This document shows positions 34,449 through 44,197 of a DNA stretch of 64,000 nt, in pieces. The notes under the pieces were generated by a model. The model was given only the letters and a program-made list of their open reading frames with translations, did no database searches and was not told the DNA's origin. Every line of letters begins with the position of its first letter. Within the stretch, counting starts at the first letter, position 1. The translations under genes were made by a program, and so were the position numbers. Origin of the DNA: Candidatus Saccharimonadota bacterium (GTDB taxonomy: Bacteria; Patescibacteriota; Saccharimonadia; Saccharimonadales; UBA10212); contig JALHRM010000001.1 of the NCBI GenBank assembly GCA_022841445.1, positions 195,777 through 259,776 of the forward strand. Reading direction: 5' to 3'.

Positions 34449-35452
34449 ATAATATCCTGGTGACTGGCGGGCTTGGCTATATCGGTTCATTCACCGCGTT
34501 GCGACTTATGGCCAGCGGTTTTTCATGTGTAATCATCGATAACCTGTCCAACGGCAAAGTGTCTACACTTGACCGGCTCGAAAAGCTAGCTGGTGTACGC
34601 CCAGCTTTCTATGAAAATGACTTTGCTGATACGCAGGCATTAAAGAACATTATTGAACAGGAGTCCATCAGCGCGGCTATTCATTTCGCCGCCTTTAAGT
34701 ATGTTAATGATTCTGTAACAAATTCTTTGCCCTATTTTCGAAACAATGTAGCGGGATTCATTGACTTCGCTGATCTCATGCGTGAAAAGGGTCTTCCACT
34801 TATCTTTTCGTCAAGTGCTGCGGTGTACGGCAGTCCTGATCCGCCTCGTTCAACGGAGCAAACGCCCTGCAATCCTGACTCTCCTTATGGTTGGAGCAAA
34901 AGGATGGATGAGGTGATCTTGCAAGCAGCGGCAGCCGGTGAGCAACCATTGAGCAGCATCGTACTGAGGTATTTTAATGTTGTCGGCGCGCACCCTTCAG
35001 GAGTACTGGGCGAAGATGCCAGACAAACTTCACCAATGCTGATTCCATCAATCATCAGGTCGGTTCTGGAAGAATCCTCTCCGCTAATTATCAACGGAAC
35101 AGACTACCCCACGCCCGATGGTACTTGTTTGCGTGATTATGTGCATGTGCTTGATGTTGCCGATGCTCACGTGGCTGCACTCAACCATATCCTTAAGCAA
35201 AGCCGCGACTATTTTGAGGTATTTAATGTCGGAACCGGCAGGCCGAACAGCGTGCTAGAAGTCATCAACGCATTCGAAAGAGTCAATAAGTTAAAAGTTC
35301 CCCATGAAAAGGGCTCGAGGCGAGCAGGTGATGCCGTTGCCTACTTCGCCGCCACAGACAAAATCAAGGAGCAACTCAACTGGACGAGTAAATTAACTGT
35401 TGAAGACGCCTGTCATGACGAGTGGAAATGGGCTCAGAACAAAAACGTCTAA
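34445..35452 (+). CDS. galE: UDP-glucose 4-epimerase
   Basis: ILVTGGLGYIGSF, SSSAAVYG, YGWSKRM (YxxxK). Confidence 0.85.
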   Translation: MNNILVTGGLGYIGSFTALRLMASGFSCVIIDNLSNGKVSTLDRLEKLAGVRPAFYENDFADTQALKNIIEQESISAAIHFAAFKYVNDSVTNSLPYFRNNVAGFIDFADLMREKGLPLIFSSSAAVYGSPDPPRSTEQTPCNPDSPYGWSKRMDEVILQAAAAGEQPLSSIVLRYFNVVGAHPSGVLGEDARQTSPMLIPSIIRSVLEESSPLIINGTDYPTPDGTCLRDYVHVLDVADAHVAALNHILKQSRDYFEVFNVGTGRPNSVLEVINAFERVNKLKVPHEKGSRRAGDAVAYFAATDKIKEQLNWTSKLTVEDACHDEWKWAQNKNV

Positions 35453-36483
35453 GAAGAGGACTGCACTCGCTTTGCGACTTCTCCAACTTTCGGCGCATGT
35501 GTTTTATTTAACACGAGTATGCCGTTTTCATTCGCAATAACAGCTACGTTATCCAGACCGATAACCGCCACTGCCCGTCCTGATTCGTTTCTTACAAAGC
35601 TATTGGTCGTATCAACAACCTCAACCTTGTCTCCGTGTAAATGATTTCCCTCATTGTCCTGCAAGCTTGCGGAATGCAAGTCCTGGAAAGATCCGACATC
35701 CATCCAATCAAATGTTGCGGGTATCACAATTGCGTCCTTCACTCGCTCAGAAAGCGCAATATCAATAACTTCGTTTTCAAACTGGGCATATGTTGCATTT
35801 GTGTCGGTACTTTGAATAAGTGCTTGATAATTTTCCCAAAGTTCAGGATTAGTTTCGTTAATTTCTCTATCAAAAGTACTTAAATTGCCCACAAGATATC
35901 CCGTATTCCATAGATACTTACCACTTTGGTAGTAGTCAACTGCGGTGGATTTGTCAGGCTTTTCGACAAATTTATTTAATTTGTAGACGTCTTTAAGGCC
36001 ATTATCGAGACGATCACCTTTTTCCATATACCCAAATATTGTTGCAGGATAGCTAGGTTCAACACCTATAAAAATTAGAGACTTGAGGTCTTCGGCAAGT
36101 TTACAGGCTCTTTGCATGGTTACAGAGAATCCTTCATTATCCCTGATTAGGTTGTCCGCCCACAAAAAGACAACGGGCTGATCGGCAAGCTGCCTTCTTT
36201 TAATTTCGCTGAGTGCGAGGATAAAGCAAGAGGCTGTACCCTTACGTGAAGGCTCCACGAGGACATTCTCGCGACTGAGCTCTGAGAGCTGATCGTAAAC
36301 GTGCTCGATATGTGATACTTCCGAAACTACAAATACTTCGTCAGCACTATTTTTTACTCTGTTGTAGGTATTCTGAAGCAGACTAAATTCATTAGTAAGT
36401 TTCAGTAGGTGCTTCGGATATGAATGGGTGGATAGCGGCCAAAGCCTTGTTCCAGAACCGCCGGCGATAATTACTACAATCAT
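35449..36483 (-). CDS. Mannose-1-phosphate guanylyltransferase-like sugar nucleotidyltransferase
   Basis: [15 protein letters not shown]-terminal motif. 344 aa without a PMI/cupin extension. Confidence 0.75.
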   Translation of the reverse strand: MIVVIIAGGSGTRLWPLSTHSYPKHLLKLTNEFSLLQNTYNRVKNSADEVFVVSEVSHIEHVYDQLSELSRENVLVEPSRKGTASCFILALSEIKRRQLADQPVVFLWADNLIRDNEGFSVTMQRACKLAEDLKSLIFIGVEPSYPATIFGYMEKGDRLDNGLKDVYKLNKFVEKPDKSTAVDYYQSGKYLWNTGYLVGNLSTFDREINETNPELWENYQALIQSTDTNATYAQFENEVIDIALSERVKDAIVIPATFDWMDVGSFQDLHSASLQDNEGNHLHGDKVEVVDTTNSFVRNESGRAVAVIGLDNVAVIANENGILVLNKTHAPKVGEVAKRVQSSS

Positions 36484-36508
36484 AATAAGAATGATACCAG
36501 ATAGTTGG

Positions 36509-37861
36509 TTAATTACTTCTTATGAGGTTTAGGAGTTCGTCACGCTTTGATTCCATAAGAGACTGATTTACTGCCTCAACAGTGAGCCGAACAAGTGGCT
36601 CGTTGTCAGAAGGTCTTATAACGGCATGCCAGTCTGGGTAACGTATTGCCACTCCTGATATCAAGTTCATTTCTGCATCGGAGTATTTATCTTTAACCTT
36701 TTCAATTACTTCGGCCGCGTCATTAACTTTTGAGTTAATTTCTCCTGATAAGAAGTACTTCGCTTCCAAGTCCTTTATTCTGTCAGATAATTTGCCGTCC
36801 AAACCACTGACGTACTGCAGCATGGTAAGTCCTGACAAAACTCCCGAATCAGCATTCCAAAAATCTTTGAAGTAGAAGTGGCCGGATACTTCACCACCAA
36901 ACACGATTCCACGGTCTTGCATTTCCTTTTTTATATAGACGTGACCAGGCTTCCAGACAAAAGGCATGCCTCCTGCTTCGGTTACCATATCAGGCACAGC
37001 GTCTGAGGCCCTGATGTCATAGAGAATTGTTGCGCCTGGGTATAGTTTTAACTGTTCAACTGCCAGGAGCGCCGTGAGCCAATCTCCGGGTATTGAAACA
37101 CCACGATCGTCGACCACCAAGCAACGATCACCGTCAGGGTCAAATATAAGCCCCAAATCTGCATTAGTCTCCCTGACCTTTTGCCTAAGCATTTCTTGGT
37201 TTTCTAGCTGGATTATGTCATTTCCATGGTTCGGGAAATTTCCATCAGGTTCGAAACAAAGCCTTACCATCTCAATTGGTAGTAATTTCTCCAGTATTTC
37301 CCACACGGGACCTGTTGCGCCGTTACTTGTATCGACCACTACTTTGAGTGGCTTAATCTTGTTTGGCGGCACGATTTTCAAAGTATGTTCAATGAACTGT
37401 TGGGTAATATTTTCTTGCGTAACCAAGCCCACCGAATTAGACGTTTCGTACTCAGACTCAAGCACACGAGACATGAATTCTTTGGCCATAACGAAATACG
37501 GCATCTTCTGAACCATCTTAAAACCGTTATACTCTGGCGGATTATGTGAGGCAGTCACCATGATGCCCGGTAACCCCTTGCTCCCGCAGGCAAAGTAAAA
37601 CTCATCAGTACACACTTGCCCTATGTCTATAACGTCAATACCGGATTCTATAAACCCTTTCAAAACGGCAGCATGGAAGTCAAGCCCAGAAAGGCGGACA
37701 TCCCGACCAACAACCACTGTTTTCGGCTGGACCTCTGCCACGAATGCTCTAGCTACCTGCTCTGCGGCCGCTACATCTATTTGATCGGGGACGACGCCTC
37801 TTATGTCATACGCTTTAAAAACAGCAGGATCGATGTGAAAATTTTTATCTGTCATGGTCAT
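36509..37861 (-). CDS. Phosphomannomutase / phosphoglucomutase
   Basis: Active-site TASHNPPEYNGFK. Metal loop FDPDGDR. Confidence 0.85.
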   Translation of the reverse strand: MTMTDKNFHIDPAVFKAYDIRGVVPDQIDVAAAEQVARAFVAEVQPKTVVVGRDVRLSGLDFHAAVLKGFIESGIDVIDIGQVCTDEFYFACGSKGLPGIMVTASHNPPEYNGFKMVQKMPYFVMAKEFMSRVLESEYETSNSVGLVTQENITQQFIEHTLKIVPPNKIKPLKVVVDTSNGATGPVWEILEKLLPIEMVRLCFEPDGNFPNHGNDIIQLENQEMLRQKVRETNADLGLIFDPDGDRCLVVDDRGVSIPGDWLTALLAVEQLKLYPGATILYDIRASDAVPDMVTEAGGMPFVWKPGHVYIKKEMQDRGIVFGGEVSGHFYFKDFWNADSGVLSGLTMLQYVSGLDGKLSDRIKDLEAKYFLSGEINSKVNDAAEVIEKVKDKYSDAEMNLISGVAIRYPDWHAVIRPSDNEPLVRLTVEAVNQSLMESKRDELLNLIRSN

Positions 37862-37902
37862 ATTCTAACAGTCCCCTTATAAGCCTTGCTATACTAAACA
37901 TA

Positions 37903-38907
37903 ATGAAGATTCTAGTCACTGGCGGAGCTGGGTTTATAGGTTCAAACTTCGTCCATTATTTACGCAAAAACTACCCTGATTACCAGATAACCGTTGTTGA
38001 CAAGCTGAATCAGCAGGGCAATATTGAAAATCTTAGGCCAATCATGGAAGAGATAGCTTTCCATGAATTCGATTTGGTCGAAGAATCAAAACTACTGCCG
38101 ATATTTGAAGCTGGCCTGGATTATGTCGTACACTTTGCCGCCGAAACAAATGTAGACCGTTCTATAGAAGATCCCGACAACTTTGTAAGCAGCAATGTAC
38201 TGGCTACCAACATTCTATTGCGATTAAGCCGTGACCACGGCGTAAAGCGTTTCCACCATGTTTCCACCGATGAGGTTTTCGGCAGTCTAGAACTAGGCAC
38301 CGATGATAAATTCAACGAAACTACACCTTACGATCCTCGCAGTCCGTATTCTGCTACCAAGGCAGCCAGTGACCACCTGGTACGTTCGTACTTCCACACC
38401 TATCAGCTCGATGTCACAATCAGCAACTGCTCAAACAACTATGGGCCTTACCAGGTACCTGAAAATATTGTGCCAGTGTTTACTCTTATGGCGCTAAATG
38501 ATAAACCGTTAACCATTTACGGCGACGGCAAAAGTGTCCGTGATTACCTTTTTGTGCTTGATCACTGCCGTGCAATTGACCTCATCCTACATAAAGGCAA
38601 GGCTGGCGAAACATACTGCGTCGGTGGGGGGCAGGAACAAAACGGTATTCAAATAGCCAATTCAGTACTATCTATCACCAGCAAATCAACCGACCTTAAG
38701 AAATTCGTTACCGACCGACCGGGCCATGATCGTCGCTACGCCATCGATTATTCCAAACTTGAAAAAGAACTTGGATACAAACCAAGTGTGACATTTGAAG
38801 AAGGCCTCCGGCAAACTATAGACTGGTATCAGCAAAACGAAGAATGGTGGAAACCATATATGGAGCGTTTTTACGTGCCTCAGTTCATGAAAGAAGACGT
38901 CGAGTAA
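37903..38907 (+). CDS. rfbB: dTDP-glucose 4,6-dehydratase
   Basis: KILVTGGAGFIGSNF, HVSTDEVFG, YSATKAASDHL. Confidence 0.92.
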   Translation: MKILVTGGAGFIGSNFVHYLRKNYPDYQITVVDKLNQQGNIENLRPIMEEIAFHEFDLVEESKLLPIFEAGLDYVVHFAAETNVDRSIEDPDNFVSSNVLATNILLRLSRDHGVKRFHHVSTDEVFGSLELGTDDKFNETTPYDPRSPYSATKAASDHLVRSYFHTYQLDVTISNCSNNYGPYQVPENIVPVFTLMALNDKPLTIYGDGKSVRDYLFVLDHCRAIDLILHKGKAGETYCVGGGQEQNGIQIANSVLSITSKSTDLKKFVTDRPGHDRRYAIDYSKLEKELGYKPSVTFEEGLRQTIDWYQQNEEWWKPYMERFYVPQFMKEDVE

Positions 38908-39464
38908 TGGCACAAGAACTCGCTGTACGCGAGACAGTAATACCAGGTTTTTTTGAAATTGATCTTGTCGTCCATGGTGATTCTCGTGGTTGGTTTAAAG
39001 AAAATTACCAAAAAGAAAAAATGGAAGCCCTCGGTTTACCTGTATTTGAAACTGTCCAAAATAATTTTTCCTTTAATGCCGAAAAAGGCGTGACGAGGGG
39101 GCTCCATGCCGAGCCTTGGGAAAAATTCATCTCGGTCGCTAACGGTAGAGTCTTCGGGGTATGGGTAGATCTGCGTGTCGGATCGACTTTTGGTCAGACA
39201 CTTTCGCTAGAAATTACACCCGAAAAGGCTGTTTTTGTACCGAGGGGTGTAGCCAATGGCTATCAGACGCTTGAAGATAATGTTACCTATACTTATTTAG
39301 TCAATGCTCATTGGTCGCCAGAAGTAAAATATGTCGCCGTAAATTTATTTGATGCCGAGCTTGCTATAGAGTGGCCAATACCAAGAGAACAGGCCATCAT
39401 ATCTGAAAAAGATGAGAGAAATCCACTGCTAAGTGAAGTTAAACCACAGGAATTTAAATTCTAA
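38907..39464 (+). CDS. rfbC: dTDP-4-dehydrorhamnose 3,5-epimerase
   Basis: DSRGWFKENY, RGLHAEPW, VPRGVANGYQTL. ATG 38907 overlaps the rfbB stop (TAATG). The ORF-track start at 38844 is an out-of-context extension. Confidence 0.9.
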   Translation: MAQELAVRETVIPGFFEIDLVVHGDSRGWFKENYQKEKMEALGLPVFETVQNNFSFNAEKGVTRGLHAEPWEKFISVANGRVFGVWVDLRVGSTFGQTLSLEITPEKAVFVPRGVANGYQTLEDNVTYTYLVNAHWSPEVKYVAVNLFDAELAIEWPIPREQAIISEKDERNPLLSEVKPQEFKF

Positions 39465-40318
39465 TGGACGAGTCAGGAATCCTCATAACCGGCTGTAATG
39501 GTCAGCTTGGGCTGGCTTTGCAGCAACGGTACCCCTCTGCCAAAAAAGCCGATTCAGCCGAACTAGATATTACTGATTATGAAGCTTTACGAGCGCTTGA
39601 CTGGACTAGTATCCACACTATCTTAAATGCAGCAGCCTATACCAACGTCGATGGTGCCGAAACTAGAGAGGGACGCATTGCAACTTGGCAGGTTAATGCA
39701 GTAGGTGCTTCGAATCTTGCCCGCATCGCCAATGAACATGATCTTACCCTGCTACACATCTCGACTGATTACGTTTTTGATGGCACAAAAAATCTCCACG
39801 TAGAAAGTGAACAACTTGCACCCCTATCCGTTTATGGCGCCAGCAAGGCAGCGGGCGAAGTCGCCGTAATGACGGCCGAAAAACATTATATACTGCGCTC
39901 CTCATGGGTAATTGGCGATGGTAAGAACTTCGTACGAACTATGCTTGGCATCGGGCAAAAAGGCATCAGCCCGACCGTGGTAGCAGACCAAGTCGGCAGA
40001 CTGACTTTCACTAACGAACTCGTCCGCGCAATAGAACACATATTGGCAAAAAGGGCAGACTGCGGCATCTACAATATAAGTAACGGTGGCGAGCCAGCTA
40101 GCTGGGCTGATATAACACGAGCAATTTTTTCGGAAGCAGGTTTTGATCTGACCGTTACTGATACAACTACGGCCGAATACTTCGCCGACAAGGAAAACGT
40201 CGCTCCGCGCCCACTTAGCAGTACCTTTGACTTGAGCAAAATCGAACAAACGGGCTTTAAGCCACGTGACTGGCGAATCGATCTAAGCGAATATATAAAA
40301 AAGGAGTTGAGTAAATGA
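39464..40318 (+). CDS. rfbD: dTDP-4-dehydrorhamnose reductase
   Basis: [28 protein letters not shown]. Confidence 0.88.
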   Translation: MDESGILITGCNGQLGLALQQRYPSAKKADSAELDITDYEALRALDWTSIHTILNAAAYTNVDGAETREGRIATWQVNAVGASNLARIANEHDLTLLHISTDYVFDGTKNLHVESEQLAPLSVYGASKAAGEVAVMTAEKHYILRSSWVIGDGKNFVRTMLGIGQKGISPTVVADQVGRLTFTNELVRAIEHILAKRADCGIYNISNGGEPASWADITRAIFSEAGFDLTVTDTTTAEYFADKENVAPRPLSSTFDLSKIEQTGFKPRDWRIDLSEYIKKELSK

Positions 40319-41175
40319 AAGGCATAATTTTAGCAGGTGGTTCCGGCACGCGACTTTACCCCATTACACTGGCAATCAGTAAGCAGCTAATGCCAATTTA
40401 CGATAAGCCGATGATTTACTACCCGCTTAGCACGCTTTTAAGCGCCGGGATACGGGAAATACTTATTATTTCAACCCCGCAAGATTTGCCGCGTTTCGAG
40501 CAACTACTTGGTGATGGATCGCGTATCGGTTGTGCGTTTAGCTATAAGGTACAGGAAGAACCCCGTGGTCTGGCCGATGCCTACATTGTCGGTGCGGAGT
40601 TTATCGGTAGCGACAAAGTGGCCATGATCCTAGGTGACAACGTCTTTTACGGATCAGGTCTGGAAGAAAAGCTTCAGGCATTCTCCGATGTGGACGGCGC
40701 CGTTGGCTTTGCGGCACCCGTCAAAGATCCGCAACGTTACGGAGTGTACGAGTTCGACCAAGACATGAACGTGCTTTCAATCGAAGAAAAACCTGAAAAT
40801 CCAAAAAGCAACTACGCTAACGCCGGCTTGTACTTTTGCGACAACGAGGTAGTAGAGATTGCCAAAAATGTGCAACCAAGCGAGCGCGGAGAAGTTGAAA
40901 TAACGTCAGTTCTTGATGCTTACTTACAAAAAGGCAAACTCAAAGTCAGTCTTTTTGATCGAGGAACTGCTTGGCTGGATACTGGAACATTTGAAAGCAT
41001 GAATCAGGCATCTCAGTTCGTGCAAGTTATCGAAGAAAGACAAGGTCTCAAAATCGGTTGCATCGAAGAAATTGCTTACCGTCAAGGATTTATTGATGCC
41101 GCGCAGCTCCAGGCAATCGCCGAACCCCTCAAAAAATCCGGTTATGGCCAATACCTCCTTAACCTAGTACCCTAA
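40315..41175 (+). CDS. rfbA: Glucose-1-phosphate thymidylyltransferase
   Basis: [36 protein letters not shown]. Confidence 0.93.
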   Translation: MKGIILAGGSGTRLYPITLAISKQLMPIYDKPMIYYPLSTLLSAGIREILIISTPQDLPRFEQLLGDGSRIGCAFSYKVQEEPRGLADAYIVGAEFIGSDKVAMILGDNVFYGSGLEEKLQAFSDVDGAVGFAAPVKDPQRYGVYEFDQDMNVLSIEEKPENPKSNYANAGLYFCDNEVVEIAKNVQPSERGEVEITSVLDAYLQKGKLKVSLFDRGTAWLDTGTFESMNQASQFVQVIEERQGLKIGCIEEIAYRQGFIDAAQLQAIAEPLKKSGYGQYLLNLVP

Positions 41176-41194
41176 CCGCTAAGGAGGATTAGAC

Positions 41195-41344
41195 ATGTCG
41201 AAAATGAACACTCAAGGCTTCACACCAATTCATACCGTACTGATTGGTGTCGTGGTGATAGCAGTGGCTGCGGTTGGGGTGTATGCCTACAATTCTAGTC
41301 AAGACGAACAAAAGTCATCTGTGCAAAGACCCTCAAACAAGTGA
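41195..41344 (+). CDS. 49-aa single-TM small protein with prepilin-like leader (not in the ORF track)
   Basis: AAGGAGG at 41181-41187 lies 7 nt before the ATG. Translation: MSKMNTQGFTPIHTVLIGVVVIAVAAVGVYAYNSSQDEQKSSVQRPSNK. Confidence 0.45.
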   Translation: MSKMNTQGFTPIHTVLIGVVVIAVAAVGVYAYNSSQDEQKSSVQRPSNK

Positions 41345-41429
41345 GGACGAAAGCGCAGAGTGGCAGGTTGTGACACCTAAGAATGGTGGTTATCGAAAAA
41401 GTAGTCAAAACAATCGAGCTTAAGTGAAT

Positions 41430-44129
41430 TTAGTGCCAAGTGAGCGGCACTGCACCCGGGAAACCGAACTGGAACGACCCGTTTGGCGCTCCGCCGCTAT
41501 TGCTATTACGCAGCGACCAGGTGCCGCCAGTACTTACTGATCCCACTGTGTCATCGCCGTCACCATCCCAGTCACCGACAACTGCATAACCAGGTGTGTG
41601 GCCATAGTTGAAGCTGGCATCCGGTGCTCCGCCGAAAGCGTTAACTAAATCCCAGTTATTGGAAGAATCAACTACACCTGGCGTATCATCACCGTCACCA
41701 TCCCAGTCACCCACAATCGGCTTTTTGCCTGCAGATCCGTAACTAAACGCACCTACATCAGGCCCTCCAGATGTATTAGAATTCCTTAGACTCCATGTCA
41801 TGTTCGAACTTACTACGCCTACCGTTTCAATACCGTCGCCGTTCCAGTCACCACACACCGGCTTATGATCCGAACCGCCATAAGAAAAGTTGCGGTCTGC
41901 CGCACCGGTTGTGTAACTCGCCCTCATGTACCACGCCCCGCCGCTGTAAACCACTGGCAATTTTACTCCTGGTTGGTCGGCATCCCAGGCACACATCAGC
42001 AAATGAGCAGGGAACCCGTACCCGAAAGATTGATCGCCAGGGCCGGTAGTCAGGTCATTTTTCAAAAACCAACCCGCGCCATTTGTTAATGCTGGTCTTG
42101 AGGAATTAACAAGCCTGCACAACGAAAATTCTGATGTTTCCGAAGGCACTGAACCGAGCTTCTTTGTAGCCGTTGCTGTGATATATTTTCCACCAGAAAC
42201 CGCAGAACCAGGAGTAAATCCCCAGGCCGTGTTACCAAATTGATCCGTCCCTATATCGGTGGAGCCGAGGTAAGATTGCCCCTCACCGTAATTAAAAGGT
42301 GTCCCGGCATTGCAACCATCGCTTGAAAAGAATTCAAGCCGGAACGAGGTATTGGGCGCACCGTTGAATTGTCCAGCTATTTTTGTCGTTCCACCGCTGG
42401 TTTTGGCAGCATAGACATTGGGGAAGTTTTGCGTACGGTTTGCACCGCCATCACCGTCCCCTGCATCATTAAGATTTGTTGAGCCGTTATTATCCAAATC
42501 AATGCCCAGTCTGCCGTTGAAGGCAATCGAATTGCCAAGAATCGCCAAATCTGTTGCGGATGAGACTGCCACCCCGCTGCCAACATTACCCATGCTGTTA
42601 CCAGCCGTGTTCATCCCGATGTAATTGCCCTCAATACGTACGCCGGTCGTGGCGTTACCGACAATTATCAGACCATTGCTTCCATTACCGGCGATCACAT
42701 TACGATGAGCTGAGGTTGATCCGCCAATTTGCATGTTCGGAGTGTTTAGAATGCCAAAGCCATCTAACACGTTGCCAATCGATCCCGTACCAGCTGCGTT
42801 CGTACCTACGTAATTGCCGATGAATGTGTTGCCGTAACTTTCGGTTCCCGAAATAAACACACCGTTTTGCAAATTACCAGATATAAGGTTACATGCCCCT
42901 GTGCACGCCCCACCGACCGTAACGCCTGTCGTTCCGCCAATTGTGTTACTGTTCGCCCCCACCGCTCCTGGCGAAGCCCCGATACCTATCCCCATTTTCT
43001 GATTTGCTAACGCGGAATTTCCCGAGGCATTTGTACCAATGTAATTGCCCTGCACCACGTTGCCAGTAGCTGCCGCCCCAGTTATAAATAAGCCTGCCCC
43101 TTTATTGCCCGATAGTATATTTCTATCCTCTGGGTCTGTTCCGCCAACGGTATTATTTGGCGTTTCGTTAACTTCTAGTCCAATATCGCCATTGGCAACT
43201 GCAGCTGTACCCGCCACGTTCGTGCCAACATAGTTGCCCTTGAAAGTATTGCCACTCGCACCGCTATGCCATAGCCCTGCGCCATTTGCTATGTTACCCG
43301 ACATAAGGTTACACGCCCCTGTGCACGCCCCACCGACTGTGACACCAGTTGTGCCGCCTATCATATTGCCAGTCATCGTGCCCACGCCCTGAGCGTTATT
43401 GAGCAGAAACCCATCACCCCCATTGGCGATTGCCGACATGCCGGCTGCATTTGTACCGATATAGTTGCCTTGCACTGTATTGTTATTGGTGGTTCCGTTA
43501 TCCTGTGCCGTAATTGCAATGCCGTTACCTGTGTTGCCGGAAACGACGTTGCGATCTGCTGCTGTCGTACCGCCAACTATATTCCCATTAGCAGAAGCCA
43601 GATTAGTTCCTGAAAAAATGCCAATCCCATCACTACCGTTTGCTGCAGCCGCAGTACCAGCTGCATTTGTGCCAATGTAATTGCCAACAATTGTCACATT
43701 GTTAGTATCAACAAATATGCCTTGCGCACTAAAACGGTTGATAATAAGCCCCCTGATCGTACTTCCAGCTCCGTTACCGCTCACATAAAAACCTCGTGCG
43801 TTCGCACCAGCCCCATTACCACTTAATTCAACTATCGGGGCGCTCCCAAACCCTGGCTGTGTAGTCCCATCAATTGTGACCGGATAGATTACTGGAGGTA
43901 AGGCAGATGTAGGGACTATCTGGACAGCACCACTCCCGATACTAAAATCAATAGTGTCACTACCAATGGTAGAGTTTGCGCTTGTAATAGCCTGGCGTAG
44001 TGACCCTGCGCCGCTATCATTGGTGTTTGTGACTGTGTAGGTTGCGGCATTTGCGCTTGCTGAAAAAACCAATACACCCAATAACGCCACAAATATGTTT
44101 ATGGCAAGTAATTTTATTCTACGCATCAT
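41430..44129 (-). CDS. 899-aa secreted right-handed beta-helix protein (CSLREA-type N-terminus) with C-terminal FG-GAP/VCBS-like repeats
   Basis: Signal peptide. YTVTNTNDSGAGSLRQAITSAN. More than 12 repeats of GNYIGTNAAGTxAxANGxDG. Two GGTTGVTVGGACTGACNL inserts. C-terminal GDWNGDGIETVGVV, GDWDGDGDDTPGVV and GDWDGDGDDTVGSV. Confidence 0.8.
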   Translation of the reverse strand: MMRRIKLLAINIFVALLGVLVFSASANAATYTVTNTNDSGAGSLRQAITSANSTIGSDTIDFSIGSGAVQIVPTSALPPVIYPVTIDGTTQPGFGSAPIVELSGNGAGANARGFYVSGNGAGSTIRGLIINRFSAQGIFVDTNNVTIVGNYIGTNAAGTAAAANGSDGIGIFSGTNLASANGNIVGGTTAADRNVVSGNTGNGIAITAQDNGTTNNNTVQGNYIGTNAAGMSAIANGGDGFLLNNAQGVGTMTGNMIGGTTGVTVGGACTGACNLMSGNIANGAGLWHSGASGNTFKGNYVGTNVAGTAAVANGDIGLEVNETPNNTVGGTDPEDRNILSGNKGAGLFITGAAATGNVVQGNYIGTNASGNSALANQKMGIGIGASPGAVGANSNTIGGTTGVTVGGACTGACNLISGNLQNGVFISGTESYGNTFIGNYVGTNAAGTGSIGNVLDGFGILNTPNMQIGGSTSAHRNVIAGNGSNGLIIVGNATTGVRIEGNYIGMNTAGNSMGNVGSGVAVSSATDLAILGNSIAFNGRLGIDLDNNGSTNLNDAGDGDGGANRTQNFPNVYAAKTSGGTTKIAGQFNGAPNTSFRLEFFSSDGCNAGTPFNYGEGQSYLGSTDIGTDQFGNTAWGFTPGSAVSGGKYITATATKKLGSVPSETSEFSLCRLVNSSRPALTNGAGWFLKNDLTTGPGDQSFGYGFPAHLLMCAWDADQPGVKLPVVYSGGAWYMRASYTTGAADRNFSYGGSDHKPVCGDWNGDGIETVGVVSSNMTWSLRNSNTSGGPDVGAFSYGSAGKKPIVGDWDGDGDDTPGVVDSSNNWDLVNAFGGAPDASFNYGHTPGYAVVGDWDGDGDDTVGSVSTGGTWSLRNSNSGGAPNGSFQFGFPGAVPLTWH

Positions 44130-44197
44130 ATAAATATTTATCCCATTAAGCTAATGCTTATGGTACTAGATGCTATAACAAAACTCTAGTAGTGTGC

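Noticed and set aside
38844-38906. Upstream extension of rfbC overlapping the rfbB 3' end
   Set aside because: ATG 38907 overlaps the rfbB stop (TAATG coupling) and gives a canonical RmlC N-terminus. The extension is read in another frame of rfbB.
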